A stretch of 64,000 nt of DNA from Patescibacteria group bacterium (GCA_026004595.1 BPJL01000001.1:26486-90485), one strand, 5' to 3'; positions 1 through 10,381 are shown, counted from the stretch's first letter. Numbers and translations: made by a program. The notes: generated by a model from the letters alone, not told the origin.

Positions 1-239
1 GTTCAGACGCGGTTCCTTTTGCCAAAGTGACGCACGGCCACGGCAATAATTCCGAAGATGGGACGGAAGGATTGCTTTTAGGCAACTGTGTTGGTACATA
101 CTTTCACGGACCGCTACTTGCAAAAAATCCTCATTTGGCGGATTATCTAATTGCAAAAGCTCTCGGTGTTTCTGAATTGCCCAAGCTTGATGACAAGCTT
201 TCTATCGCTTCTTACACTGCCTCAAAGAAGCTGAGGTAA
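1..239 (+). CDS. 3' end of a CobQ/GatD-type glutamine amidotransferase-like protein; partial, continues upstream of the window
   Basis: The frame is open from nt 3 with no in-window start, so the gene begins upstream of the window. C-terminal motif ...GTYFHGPLLAKNPHLADYLIAKALG resembles GATase3/CobQ-type (lipid II isoglutaminyl synthase GatD-like) C-termini. This is recognition by eye only. Confidence 0.35.
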   Translation, partial: SDAVPFAKVTHGHGNNSEDGTEGLLLGNCVGTYFHGPLLAKNPHLADYLIAKALGVSELPKLDDKLSIASYTASKKLR

Positions 240-1457
240 ATGAAGAAGATACAACCTTCAAGAATATTTCTGCTCACTTTAATAGCCCTGCTTCCGGTGA
301 ATTTGGGAAAGCATTTTGAGTTTTCTGGTTCTTATGTTTACGGAAACCTTATTGATTATCTCGTTCCCACTCTTTATGTGCAGGACATTCTGGCTTTACT
401 ACTTCTTATAGCTCTGATTCTGGAAAGAAAGAGAATCTTGCTGGAGGGGCCGATAAAGAAAATTGCGATGTTTCTTGGTGTCCTTCTACTCTCTTCTTTA
501 TTTGCTTCAAGGGCTCTTCCTTCTCTGTGGTTCTTTTTCAGGATATTTTTGTACACCGTTGTTGGGATTTATGTTTATAAGTGGGTTGATTTGAAAAAGG
601 AAGGACGCCTTATCCAAAAAATATTGGCAGTGCAATTACTGTTCGTTAGTGTGCTGGCCATCGCCCAGTTTTTTGTGAGGGGCTCGGTATTTGATAATTA
701 TCTTTTTCTTGGGGAGCAGCCTTATTCCTTGAGTACGCCCCAAATTACAAAAGAAGTTTTGCTGGGCCGAGTGTTTCTGCCACCGATGGGGCTGTTCCGC
801 CACCCCAACATTCTCTCGGGATATTTGGCTATACTGCTTGTCTTTGTGGTTTTCTGGTTTCCGAAAAACAAACTTAGCATTGCCTGTTTGGTTTTGGGAA
901 TGGTTGCGTTTCTTTTGACTTTCAGCGTATTCACATGGGCGGCATTTTTCGCAACATTGGTCTTATATAAGTTTTTGAAGGATAAGAGAAAGATAATGTA
1001 CATTTATCTTTTGGCCGCCTCCCTTATTTTACTTGTACCGTTTTTTCCTTTCTCGTCTGACAACGCCTCTTTTTATAGGAGAGATAGCCTTCTTGCCGCT
1101 AGTTATAGGATCGCTGGGAAGTTTCCCGTTTTGGGAGTTGGCACAAATAATTTCACCTCGTACGTTGATGATTTCCAGATAAGTAACGATATAAGGTTTA
1201 CCCAGCCAGTGCACAACGTTTTTGCTTTAATATTAGCTGAATCTGGAATTTTTGCTTTTTTCCTTTTTATCTTGATCTTTTTTGATTCTTATTCGGCAGC
1301 TGCGAAAAAAGGAGACGTTCCTCTTTTGCTTGCATTTTCTGCGGCCCTTCTGCTTATGAGTTTTGATCACTATTTTTGGACCATACATCAAACAACCCTT
1401 ATACTTTTCATTCTTTTCGGTCTATCATGGAAGCATTCCTATGGACAAGGAAAATGA
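240..1457 (+). CDS. Polytopic membrane protein, O-antigen ligase/Wzy_C-like
   Basis: 405 aa with about 10 hydrophobic helices and a larger loop near the C-terminal third, an architecture typical of WaaL/O-antigen polymerase-like proteins. The family assignment is tentative. Confidence 0.4.
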   Translation: MKKIQPSRIFLLTLIALLPVNLGKHFEFSGSYVYGNLIDYLVPTLYVQDILALLLLIALILERKRILLEGPIKKIAMFLGVLLLSSLFASRALPSLWFFFRIFLYTVVGIYVYKWVDLKKEGRLIQKILAVQLLFVSVLAIAQFFVRGSVFDNYLFLGEQPYSLSTPQITKEVLLGRVFLPPMGLFRHPNILSGYLAILLVFVVFWFPKNKLSIACLVLGMVAFLLTFSVFTWAAFFATLVLYKFLKDKRKIMYIYLLAASLILLVPFFPFSSDNASFYRRDSLLAASYRIAGKFPVLGVGTNNFTSYVDDFQISNDIRFTQPVHNVFALILAESGIFAFFLFILIFFDSYSAAAKKGDVPLLLAFSAALLLMSFDHYFWTIHQTTLILFILFGLSWKHSYGQGK

Positions 1458-1478
1458 TATTTATGTATAATTTTTACA

Positions 1479-2798
1479 ATGCGAAATAAGCTAATACTTA
1501 CTGCCCTAATACTTGTTATCCCTTTTCTTCTAACTGCGTGCACCCTAAAGGATATTCCTGTTGTCGGTAAGTTCTTCGGTGGAGGTGGACTTTCGCTTGG
1601 TGGGCCGGTGACCCTTAATGTGTGGGGTCTCTGGGAAAACCCCGAAGTTATGCAGCAGATCGTCGCCAAGTATAAAGAGACGCATCCTAATGTAAATATA
1701 AATTATGATGATAGAAGTGTGTTGGGTGCCTCTCAGTACAAGGAAACCTTGTTGGGGAGAATAGGACAGCCTGAGGTAGCCGACATAGTTCTGGTCCACA
1801 ATTCTTGGGTGCAGGACATAAAAGGCTCCTTAGCTCCCGCTCCTTCCAAAATCATGAGCGAGCAGCAATACGCCGAAAAATACTATCCGATTGCCAAAGA
1901 CAGTGCTGTTTTTGACGGGAATGTTTACGCCGTTCCTATGTACCATGATGGTATCGTGCTTGTTTACAACAAGAAGCATTTTGAGGAGGAGGGACAGCAG
2001 TCTCCGCCAACATCGTGGGAGGAGTTTAGAAGATTAGCATTTAACCTTACGAAAAGAGACGAGAAGGGGGAAATAATTCGTGCGGGGGCGGCCATGGGAA
2101 CCGCAAACAACATAGATTTCTTTTCCGACATTCTAGGAACCTTTTTTGCTCAGGCAAAGGTGAACGTTCCGCAGGATCTTGATGGGAAGCCTGCTAGAGA
2201 CGCTCTTGCATTTTACGTTCTTTTTAGCAAGTCAGACAAAGGTTGGGATAACACTTTTCCCGAGGCTTCGGCGGCTTTTGCACAGGAAAGAGTGTCTATG
2301 ATCTTTATTCCTAGCTGGAACTTGCTCGATATTCTTAGAGAAAGGCCGAATCTCCAAATAGGAGTTGCTCCCGTGCCGCAAGCTAAGCTTGACAATCCGG
2401 TTTCTTGGGCGAGTTTTTGGATGTACGCTGTTCCGGCAGTAAGCCCAAATAAAGAAGCGGCGTGGGAATTTATCAACTACCTTGCTCAGGAAGATACGCA
2501 AAGAGCTCTTTTTGACGCCGCGGCAAGACAGAGGGTTTATGGCGCCCCCTTTAGTTTAGTTTCGTTGAAAGATCAGGTTGCCTCCGGTCCTTATGGCAAC
2601 TACCTCAAACCGCTTTTGGATTCAGCCGCTTTTGCACAGAGCTCACGCTTTGCCGCACGCGCGGGAAATGATCTTTACGTAGCCGCATTAAAAGAAGCTG
2701 TGAACTCGGTTTTGAACTCTCGCGAGGATATTACGGTTGCAAGTGAGGCGGCTTTAAAAAAGGCTAAGGCGACTATAGTGTCGGGCGGGAAACAATAA
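1479..2798 (+). CDS. Extracellular solute-binding lipoprotein (ABC transporter substrate-binding protein, family 1-like)
   Basis: N-terminal signal peptide with lipobox (LLTAC). Roughly 440 aa, the size of a family-1 sugar/oligosaccharide SBP. A Gly-rich linker follows the lipidated Cys. Confidence 0.5.
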   Translation: MRNKLILTALILVIPFLLTACTLKDIPVVGKFFGGGGLSLGGPVTLNVWGLWENPEVMQQIVAKYKETHPNVNINYDDRSVLGASQYKETLLGRIGQPEVADIVLVHNSWVQDIKGSLAPAPSKIMSEQQYAEKYYPIAKDSAVFDGNVYAVPMYHDGIVLVYNKKHFEEEGQQSPPTSWEEFRRLAFNLTKRDEKGEIIRAGAAMGTANNIDFFSDILGTFFAQAKVNVPQDLDGKPARDALAFYVLFSKSDKGWDNTFPEASAAFAQERVSMIFIPSWNLLDILRERPNLQIGVAPVPQAKLDNPVSWASFWMYAVPAVSPNKEAAWEFINYLAQEDTQRALFDAAARQRVYGAPFSLVSLKDQVASGPYGNYLKPLLDSAAFAQSSRFAARAGNDLYVAALKEAVNSVLNSREDITVASEAALKKAKATIVSGGKQ

Positions 2799-2834
2799 TT
2801 TTCAAACCTCTTTCTTTTGAGGTATTCTTTCCCT

Positions 2835-3866
2835 ATGAAAATATTGGCAATTGAAACATCGTGCGATGAAACTGCATGCGCTGTAGTGGAAGATGGTGTT
2901 AAGGAGCTGGCTTCTGTAGTAGCTTCGTCAAAGGAACTACATGAGGCGACGGGCGGAGTTGTGCCTGAAGTGGCTTCAAGAAAGCAGATGGAGTTTATGA
3001 TGCCGGTATTGGAAAAGACGGTTGAGGATTACCGCCAAAAGATGGGGTTTGAGGGCAGGGAGCAGGTTGTTGAGTCAATTGACGCATTGGCTGTGACTGT
3101 TGGGCCTGGACTGATAGGCTCTTTGGTTGTAGGGGTTACAACAGCAAAGGCTCTGGCTTTGGCTTGGGAGAAACCATTGATACCTGTAAATCATCTAATC
3201 GGACATATTTACGCAAATTTTGTGGATAGCCAAAAAAAAGTGGAGTTTCCAGCAGTTTGCTTGCTGGTTAGCGGAGGGCACACCGATTTGGTTTTGATGA
3301 GGGGGCATGGTGAATTTGAGTATCTTGGGGGAACTTTAGATGACGCGGCCGGGGAATGTTTTGACAAGGTTGCTCGTATGATGGGGATTTCAAAATATCT
3401 AGGAGGTCAGTTACTGTCTGAGAAAGCGGCAGGGTGCGAAAAGGCATTTCCGGATAAACTCTTTCCGAGGCCGATGATATTTTCCGATGATTATGACTTC
3501 TCCTTTTCCGGGCTTAAAACCGCTGTTAAAAGATACATCGACGGTGGAGAAAGGGACATACCCTGCACAGCCAGAGAATTTGAAGAGGCAGTTGTGGATG
3601 TTTTAGCTGTTAAAACTATGAAAGCGGTGAAAAATTTTAGGGTTAAATCGCTGTTGATTGGGGGAGGAGTCTCGGCTAACAGAAGGTTGCGAGAAAGGCT
3701 AAGAGAAGAAGCGGAGAAAGTTGGTGTTTTTTTGCACTTACCTCCCCCGAGACTTTGTACAGACAATGCAGTTTATATAGCCTCGTCGGCTTATTTCAAT
3801 AACAAGAAAGTTAAACTGCAGGATATAAAGGCCGACCCGTCATTGGGAATAATGGGAAGGCTTTAA
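2835..3866 (+). CDS. tsaD: tRNA N6-adenosine threonylcarbamoyltransferase TsaD (Kae1/Gcp family)
   Basis: N-terminus MKILAIETSCDETACAVV is the canonical TsaD start. HxxH-type metal site (NHLIGHIY) and SGGV..N glycine motifs are present. The start is taken at the internal Met of the 2817 ORF. Confidence 0.85.
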   Translation: MKILAIETSCDETACAVVEDGVKELASVVASSKELHEATGGVVPEVASRKQMEFMMPVLEKTVEDYRQKMGFEGREQVVESIDALAVTVGPGLIGSLVVGVTTAKALALAWEKPLIPVNHLIGHIYANFVDSQKKVEFPAVCLLVSGGHTDLVLMRGHGEFEYLGGTLDDAAGECFDKVARMMGISKYLGGQLLSEKAAGCEKAFPDKLFPRPMIFSDDYDFSFSGLKTAVKRYIDGGERDIPCTAREFEEAVVDVLAVKTMKAVKNFRVKSLLIGGGVSANRRLRERLREEAEKVGVFLHLPPPRLCTDNAVYIASSAYFNNKKVKLQDIKADPSLGIMGRL

Positions 3867-5110
3867 GAGAGTTTATTGACGAGTTCTTCAAGGGTGTAAA
3901 GTTTTCCTTCGCTTTCCTTGCGTCCCTTCAATTCTATTTTAGCCCCCGTTTTTTTGGACACCACAGCTCTGTAGGGAATTCCTATTAGATCGGCGTCTGA
4001 AAACTTGACCCCGGCTGTCGTATCTTCCCTGTCGTCGTATAGAACCTCGATGTTACTTTTGGTCAAGACTTCATAAACTTTTTCGGCCAGTTCTTTAGTA
4101 CTACTATCTTCAAAATTTAATCCGACCAAGTGCACTTTCGCCGGAGCAACGCTTTCGGGCCACACTAAACCCTTATCGTCACCATGTAGTTCTACGATTG
4201 TGGCCATAACTCTTGCAGGCCCTATACCGTAGGCACCCATAATTACCGGCTTTCTCTTTCCTTCTTCGTCTGTGAAGTAAAGGCCTGCAGGTTCGGAAAA
4301 ACGTGTTCCTTGTTTGAATATGTTACCGACCTCAATCGCCCTCACCTCTTCCAAATCTTGTTTATTGATTCCTAAATCCGCAAGGACCCCGTCCGTTAAA
4401 ACCTCTTTGTTTACGGCGACTTTCTTTTTGCGATCAAGATAAATGGTATCTTCTCCTGATTCGCATACTGTCTGAAATTCATGGCTGTATTTGCTAAAGG
4501 TTCCACCAGAAGCGAAGGTTAAATATGTTTGTTCTCCTATTCCCACGCGGGAAAAAGAATTGAAGTATGCTACTTTGACCTTTTCATAAAAGGCGTCAAG
4601 GTCTTCTTGTGTCTTATTGAACGAGTAAAGATCTTTCATCAAAAACTCTCGTGTCCTCAAAAGGCCGTTCTTAGCTCTTACCTCGTTTCTAAATTTTGTC
4701 TGGAATTGGAAAGGGTAGAGAGGCAAATCTTTGTGAGAATGTATTTGTTTTGACATCAAGGCGGCAAGAGGTTCCTCATGAGTTGGGGCCAATCCGACTT
4801 CCGTACCGGTATTTATCTTTGTTTTGAACCATATATCTACAACACTGTCGTCCCACCTTCCAGATTTTTTCCAGTTGTCGGGGTTCTGAAGAGCAGTCAT
4901 TTGAAGTTCCTGGCCGCCGATGGATACCATCTCTTCTCGGATTATCCCAACAATTTTATTTAGAACCCGAAGTCCTAAAGGCAGAAAGCAGTAGACGCCC
5001 GCCATTTCCTTATAAATGTAGCCACCCCGGGTTAAAAGCTGGGCGTTTTTGCTAACCTCATCTTTAGGCGCCTCTTTTAGTGTTTTGCCTACCATTAAGC
5101 TATAGCGCAT
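3863..5110 (-). CDS. proS: Prolyl-tRNA synthetase (class II)
   Basis: N-terminus MRYSLMVGKTLKEAPKDEV...LLTRGGYI...GVYCFLPLGLRVLNKIVGIIREEM aligns with the bacterial ProRS N-terminus (E. coli MRTSQYLLSTLKETPADAE...). Class II motifs and a C-terminal anticodon-binding region are present. The start is taken at the second in-frame Met. Confidence 0.8.
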   Translation of the reverse strand: MRYSLMVGKTLKEAPKDEVSKNAQLLTRGGYIYKEMAGVYCFLPLGLRVLNKIVGIIREEMVSIGGQELQMTALQNPDNWKKSGRWDDSVVDIWFKTKINTGTEVGLAPTHEEPLAALMSKQIHSHKDLPLYPFQFQTKFRNEVRAKNGLLRTREFLMKDLYSFNKTQEDLDAFYEKVKVAYFNSFSRVGIGEQTYLTFASGGTFSKYSHEFQTVCESGEDTIYLDRKKKVAVNKEVLTDGVLADLGINKQDLEEVRAIEVGNIFKQGTRFSEPAGLYFTDEEGKRKPVIMGAYGIGPARVMATIVELHGDDKGLVWPESVAPAKVHLVGLNFEDSSTKELAEKVYEVLTKSNIEVLYDDREDTTAGVKFSDADLIGIPYRAVVSKKTGAKIELKGRKESEGKLYTLEELVNKLS

Positions 5111-5172
5111 TGATTTATTATATACTATCTGATTGAGAGGCCGCTTTTTTTGTGATAATCTCAAGCAATATT

Positions 5173-7422
5173 ATGGATAAACGTTACGACCACAAAGTGA
5201 AAGAAGCTGAAGTTCTCAAGAAATGGGAGGACGCCAAAGCTTTTACAGCCGATCCCAAGTCCGGCAAAAAACCCTATACAATTATCCTTCCTCCACCAAA
5301 CGCTTCTGGAAAAATGCATGTTGGAAATGTTCTGATGATAGCTATAGAGGACCTGCTTATACGTTGGAAAAGAATGAAAGGATACGAAGCTTTGTGGGTT
5401 CCGGGTACAGATCACGCAGGATTTGAATCCCAAACCACGTTTGAAAGAGAGCTGAGGGTAAAAGGGAAATCTAGATTTGATTACGACCGAGACACTTTTT
5501 ACAAAATGATGATGGAGTTTGTTCTTAGCAACAAGGGCCAAATTGAAGAGCAGATAAGAAGCATGGGAGCGAGTGTTGATTGGACGCGCTACACATTTAC
5601 TCTTGAAGAAAAATCCATAAACACCGTAGTAAATACATTTAAGAAAATGGTTAACGAGGGCTTGATTTATAGATCTGATTATGTTGTTAACTATTCTTTT
5701 AAGTATGGGACAACTTTTTCGGATGCCGAGACTGTGATGAAAGAACAGACCGACCCTCTTTATTACATTAAATACGGACCTTTGACAGTTGCTACAGTTA
5801 GGCCCGAAACGAAACTTGGCGATACTGCTTTGGCGGTTAATCCCCGTGATGAGAGATATAAAGATTATGTAGGAAAAGAAATTGTTTTTGAAGACGTTAC
5901 CGGACTAAATCGCTTGAAGGTTATAGCTGATGAATATGTTGACTCCGCTTTTGGCACAGGGGTTTTGAAAGTTACCCCAGCCCATTCCAAGGACGATTAT
6001 GAGATAGGATTAAGGCACGGTTTGGAGATTAAGCAGGTAATAGGAACAGACGGAAAGATGACTTCTTTGGCAGGAAAATATGCCGGTATGAAAGTGCTGG
6101 ATTGCCGTGCCCAAATTGTTGAAGATTTGAAAAAACTCGGATCCCTGGAAAAAATAGATGAGAGTTATGTGCACACTGTGCCCGTTGATTATAGAACTGA
6201 AGACTACATTGAACAGCTCGTAATTCCCAATTGGTTTGTGAGAGTTGAGGAGTTGAAAAAAATGGCTTTGGATGTGGTGAAGAATGGAGATGTTAGGATA
6301 TTTCCCAAGTGGCAGGAAATAACTTACACCAGATGGGTGGAGAATATGAGGGACTGGGCAATTTCCCGCCAGATAGTTTGGGGAATAAGGGTTCCCGCGT
6401 GGTACAACGTTGATGAAAATCCTGACATCACGGTAACGTTTTTGGCCGAAGGAGAGGTGGTAAGAGGCCAAGTTTCCGATTTGCTCCGCAGGTACGATTT
6501 AAAAGAAATATCCTCGGGGCTTCAATCTCTCACAGCTCCGAACAACGCGAATTATGTTATCAGCAAAGAATCGCCGGGAGACAGGTACCTTCCCGAAACC
6601 GACACTTTTGATACATGGTTTTCGAGCGGCCAGTGGCCATTGATAACTTTGGGGTATCCGGATTCTGAAGATTTTAAATACTTCTACCCAACGGATGTTC
6701 TTGAGACAGGCTGGGAAATTATAACAAGGTGGGTGTCCCGCATGATAATGTTCGGATGCTACCTAACCGGGAAAGCGCCATTCAGAGATGTTTATCTTCA
6801 TGGGAGGGTGATGGCCATTGACGGTAAGAAAATGAGCAAAAGCTTGGGTAACGTGATTAACCCTGAGGAGTATCAAGCCGAGTTTGGGACGGACGCTTTG
6901 CGCATGGGTATGATAAGCGGAACGGCAAATGGAAAGGACTTTGCCTTCCCACGAGATAAAGTTTTAGCATATCGAAATTTTTCCAACAAGATTTGGAATA
7001 TGGCCAGATTCTTAATTATGTTGGTCAATGAGGAGGGGTTGACCAAGAAGGATCTTCAAGATTTCAAGCCATGGAATTTACAAAGAGGAACTACCGATTT
7101 GGAGATGTATGAGGGATTTAAAAAACTGGTAAATAATGTGGATAAATCTTTGGGCAAGTATAGATTCTCTGACGCGGGGGACTTTATTTATCATTTTATG
7201 TGGGATGAGCTAGCCTCAAAATATATTGAGGAAGTCAAGGTGCGCGAAAATAGGGAAGACAAGATAAACGGTCTTAAAAATCTTGCTTATATATTTTCAA
7301 ATTGCTTGAAAGTACTGCACCCCTTCATGCCTTTTATAACCGAGGCAGTGTGGGGAGAATTAATAAAGGAAGGATTGATTAAGGGGAGACTTTTAGCAAA
7401 GACTGAGTGGCCGGGAGTTTGA
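5173..7422 (+). CDS. valS: Valyl-tRNA synthetase (class I, compact form)
   Basis: HIGH-like region PPPNASGKMHVGNV, the ValRS-typical PGTDHAG motif and KMSKS (KMSKSLGNVI) are present. At 750 aa it is shorter than canonical ValRS, which is compatible with reduced genomes. IleRS cannot be fully excluded without alignment. Confidence 0.7.
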   Translation: MDKRYDHKVKEAEVLKKWEDAKAFTADPKSGKKPYTIILPPPNASGKMHVGNVLMIAIEDLLIRWKRMKGYEALWVPGTDHAGFESQTTFERELRVKGKSRFDYDRDTFYKMMMEFVLSNKGQIEEQIRSMGASVDWTRYTFTLEEKSINTVVNTFKKMVNEGLIYRSDYVVNYSFKYGTTFSDAETVMKEQTDPLYYIKYGPLTVATVRPETKLGDTALAVNPRDERYKDYVGKEIVFEDVTGLNRLKVIADEYVDSAFGTGVLKVTPAHSKDDYEIGLRHGLEIKQVIGTDGKMTSLAGKYAGMKVLDCRAQIVEDLKKLGSLEKIDESYVHTVPVDYRTEDYIEQLVIPNWFVRVEELKKMALDVVKNGDVRIFPKWQEITYTRWVENMRDWAISRQIVWGIRVPAWYNVDENPDITVTFLAEGEVVRGQVSDLLRRYDLKEISSGLQSLTAPNNANYVISKESPGDRYLPETDTFDTWFSSGQWPLITLGYPDSEDFKYFYPTDVLETGWEIITRWVSRMIMFGCYLTGKAPFRDVYLHGRVMAIDGKKMSKSLGNVINPEEYQAEFGTDALRMGMISGTANGKDFAFPRDKVLAYRNFSNKIWNMARFLIMLVNEEGLTKKDLQDFKPWNLQRGTTDLEMYEGFKKLVNNVDKSLGKYRFSDAGDFIYHFMWDELASKYIEEVKVRENREDKINGLKNLAYIFSNCLKVLHPFMPFITEAVWGELIKEGLIKGRLLAKTEWPGV

Positions 7423-7439
7423 AATATTCGGAGACGGAT

Positions 7440-8105
7440 CTATTCTTTTTCTTGTTTTTCTTTTGACTCTTCATTTTCACCCGCTTTTTCTTCCGTTGCC
7501 TCTATTTTCTCTAGGGCTTCTTCTTCGCTAACGGGGGCTTCTTCAACCTGCTCTTCAATTTTGTCAAGTTTAATCACCAGATCGTCCGGCTTAAGGTCAA
7601 CAAGTGAGACTTTTTCCTTATCATAATTCAGCTGCCCCGCAGTGATGGTATCTCCTATTTGCATATTTGAAACATCAATCTCAAAAGAATGTGGAAGATC
7701 GGTAGGAAGGGCCTCAACCGCAATTTCGTTTGCCAAAATGAGAACAATGGCCTCACCGTTTTTCACAAACTCGTTGTTTTCTTCGCCGATAATTTCTACG
7801 GGCACTTCAGCTTCGGTTTTCTCTTTTAGGTTGGGTTTATAAAAACCGGCGTGTATTATTCTGCCGGTGATAGGATCCTCTTGTATTTCCTTAAAGAGGA
7901 CCTTTTCTGTCTTATTGCCGATTTTAATGTCAATTAACGTTGTTTCCCCACCTTCGTTATAGGCTTTTTCCACTTCGGGTTGTGATACGGTTATGGGGAG
8001 AGACTCAATCCCTTTTCCGAATATGACCGCAGGAATTACACCTCTTGATTTTAAGCTTTTCGAGGCTTTGCCGATTTTTTCTCGTTTTTCTGCAACAAGT
8101 TCCAT
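7440..8105 (-). CDS. rplY: 50S ribosomal protein L25 / general stress protein Ctc, with an acidic C-terminal extension
   Basis: N-terminus MELVAEKREKIGKASKSLKSRGVIPAVIFGKG matches the L25/Ctc family. The C-terminal E/K-rich tail is as found in Ctc-type L25. Confidence 0.8.
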   Translation of the reverse strand: MELVAEKREKIGKASKSLKSRGVIPAVIFGKGIESLPITVSQPEVEKAYNEGGETTLIDIKIGNKTEKVLFKEIQEDPITGRIIHAGFYKPNLKEKTEAEVPVEIIGEENNEFVKNGEAIVLILANEIAVEALPTDLPHSFEIDVSNMQIGDTITAGQLNYDKEKVSLVDLKPDDLVIKLDKIEEQVEEAPVSEEEALEKIEATEEKAGENEESKEKQEKE

Positions 8106-8422
8106 ATATGTTCTTTTTTAAGGGCAAGGTGGAGGTCAAGAACCTCATCATAACTTACCGACTTAATTCCGACAAACTTTTTAAACTCCGTACCTTTTAG
8201 GTCGGATTGAACGGGCACTATTCCGTTGCCTGTCGGTGTGATGGTTACCATGCTTTCAGCTTTACACTTCGGGCAGACGGCGTGCGCGACCCACGCTAGG
8301 CTGGTTTCGTTTGAAATGGGCACGATCTCGGCTCTCTCTAAACTTCCTCCGCAGCGATAGCAGTGTGTCTTCCGTAGGTTTTCCAAAATATAATTTTCCT
8401 TGGTTATCATCCTACTGAGCAC
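8051..8422 (-). CDS. Hypothetical zinc-ribbon protein
   Basis: CYRCGG ... CPKC forms a four-Cys ribbon. The 3' end overlaps the rplY start by about 55 nt. Confidence 0.4.
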   Translation of the reverse strand: MLSRMITKENYILENLRKTHCYRCGGSLERAEIVPISNETSLAWVAHAVCPKCKAESMVTITPTGNGIVPVQSDLKGTEFKKFVGIKSVSYDEVLDLHLALKKEHIWNLLQKNEKKSAKPRKA

Positions 8423-8515
8423 TTGGTATTTTACTGACTCTCACTAGCTAGGTCAATGACTTAATTAAGGTAGAATACGCCAAGCGCCAAATTCTATAGG
8501 TTTCAGCAGCTGAGC

Positions 8516-10330
8516 CTATTGCCCATTTTCTAAACCTATTTTCATAACCTTGCTTCCGTTCAAAAGATATAATGCTGTTTCATCAGAAGTTACTGTCATA
8601 TCTCTTAAATCCTCCCACGATGTAAGTGGCTGGTGTGTGTACTGCTTTACTAAATTTCCTTCAAAATCCAAAACGACTACTCTCTGGTTGGCAGGATCAA
8701 GGACATATATGTAATCAAAATCTATCGTAGTTAAAACTTTGGTGGCTCCAGAAAGATCGTTGTTTAATCCTTTTATTTCAAAAGTATTTTTATTTCCGCT
8801 TGTGTGTTTTGTCAGCTCACCGTTTTTGGTAAGAAGGTAAATGCTGTAGGCGACAGTTATTGATCGGGCGTTCTGGAATTCTGCGCTTTGGCCCCAAAGC
8901 GTTTCTGTGTATTTGTTTCCGTCTTTTTCGTATCTAATGAGTTTGTCATCAACTATCCCATACAGGTAGTCAGAGTATGTTCCCAGTATGTTAGTTCCGG
9001 CGATATCATATGAAAGAGTTTTTGTTGAGTCAGAGAGATTGTAAGCAAAATATTTATTGTTCTGAAGAAACCCGAGAGTTCCATCCACATTGATTAGAGA
9101 TTTAAGGCCAGGGTAGGCAGTTGTCTCCGTTTCAAATTTTGCTGTTTCCATTGAGGATTTATAAATTATTCCGGAGGAGGGGTCTGCCACAACGATAAAA
9201 TTTCCTACAGCAGCGATTTCTCTTGGTTGTGCGTTCTGATCAGTTATTTTTATGTCGTAAAAAATTTCAGGATCAACCCTCAATACCTTATATTGTCCAT
9301 CGTCTTTTGTTATTTCATTCACATCTACTTGGGACGCTGGAGTTTCTGTTTTTTCTACGGTTAGAGGCGGGGTCGCCGATGTTTCGGTTTTTTTCTGGCC
9401 TAATAACTGAATGCCTAAAACTATTATCAGCACCAAACCGAGTATTGGAAGAAGGAAGGCGAACTTTTTAGGCAACTTTTTCTCTTTAGGCAGTCTAGTT
9501 TTAGGGATTTTCCCTATGCCCGAAATGTCTAGTTGCGTGTTACTTTTTTTACGACGAGATAAAATTTCTTTGATTTTATTTGCTAGAGGAGCCGCTCTCT
9601 CAACGTTTCTTCTTGCGCCAAGCAGAATTTTTTGAACCTGCTCTCTTCTTCTGTTCTTGCTGGCCTGTTTTTCAAGACCGAAATCAATGGTTTCTTCCTC
9701 TGTAAACGATGTATCTACGATGAATTTTAATAAGATGCAGGCTTCGTTTTCTTTAAGATTTTGCTCGGAAATTCTAGTTGTGGGAAGTTTTTGGGGAGGG
9801 TAGATCTGGCTGAATGATCTTGAACTTAAAATAACCACATCTTCATCTCTTACAATTCCTGAAGCGGCCGCGAAAGACCCCTCACTTACCGCTTCTATGG
9901 GCTTAACTACGCCATCCCTCATTAAGAAGCCATCAGCTTCTCCAAATTGTACGGCATAGAAAACATTTCCCCACAAAACGCCTGCAGATATATTGAGCTG
10001 TATGTTTGTGGGTTCCGCGCTTAGCGCGTCGTTTGAAAGTTGCAAAATTTTTTCTCTCGCTTCCATTATGGCTTTTTCCAAAGATTGAATCGGAGAAATG
10101 TTGTCTGATTGGTAGTAGCTGTTGTGCAAAATATCTCTCAAGGCTGTGTTGGTCAGGGAGGTGTCAAAATTTGCCGAGCCCGTAACCTCATAAACCGCGT
10201 ATATAGAGCCTTTTTTGAGAGAGATGTCTTTTGATTCAGGTTCAACGACCAAGCAATGGGCAAAAGATGTAGAAAACTGCTGCAGCTGGGGGTTTATTTC
10301 CTGTACTTTTGCGGTTAATTTCTTTTTCAT
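8516..10330 (-). CDS. Membrane-anchored protein with an N-terminal PP2C/SpoIIE-like domain (possibly inactive) and a C-terminal extracytoplasmic domain
   Basis: The N-terminal ~230 aa show a PP2C-like pattern (..YAVQFGEADGFLMRDG.. and ..GIVRDEDVVILSSRSF..). A single TM (FAFLLPILGLVLIIVLGIQLLG) lies mid-protein. The C-terminal ~300 aa are probably beta-rich and extracellular. Confidence 0.4.
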   Translation of the reverse strand: MKKKLTAKVQEINPQLQQFSTSFAHCLVVEPESKDISLKKGSIYAVYEVTGSANFDTSLTNTALRDILHNSYYQSDNISPIQSLEKAIMEAREKILQLSNDALSAEPTNIQLNISAGVLWGNVFYAVQFGEADGFLMRDGVVKPIEAVSEGSFAAASGIVRDEDVVILSSRSFSQIYPPQKLPTTRISEQNLKENEACILLKFIVDTSFTEEETIDFGLEKQASKNRRREQVQKILLGARRNVERAAPLANKIKEILSRRKKSNTQLDISGIGKIPKTRLPKEKKLPKKFAFLLPILGLVLIIVLGIQLLGQKKTETSATPPLTVEKTETPASQVDVNEITKDDGQYKVLRVDPEIFYDIKITDQNAQPREIAAVGNFIVVADPSSGIIYKSSMETAKFETETTAYPGLKSLINVDGTLGFLQNNKYFAYNLSDSTKTLSYDIAGTNILGTYSDYLYGIVDDKLIRYEKDGNKYTETLWGQSAEFQNARSITVAYSIYLLTKNGELTKHTSGNKNTFEIKGLNNDLSGATKVLTTIDFDYIYVLDPANQRVVVLDFEGNLVKQYTHQPLTSWEDLRDMTVTSDETALYLLNGSKVMKIGLENGQ

Positions 10331-10381
10331 TTTTGTCCTTTCAAGTCAATTATCGCCGTTTTGACCGAAAATTAACAATTT

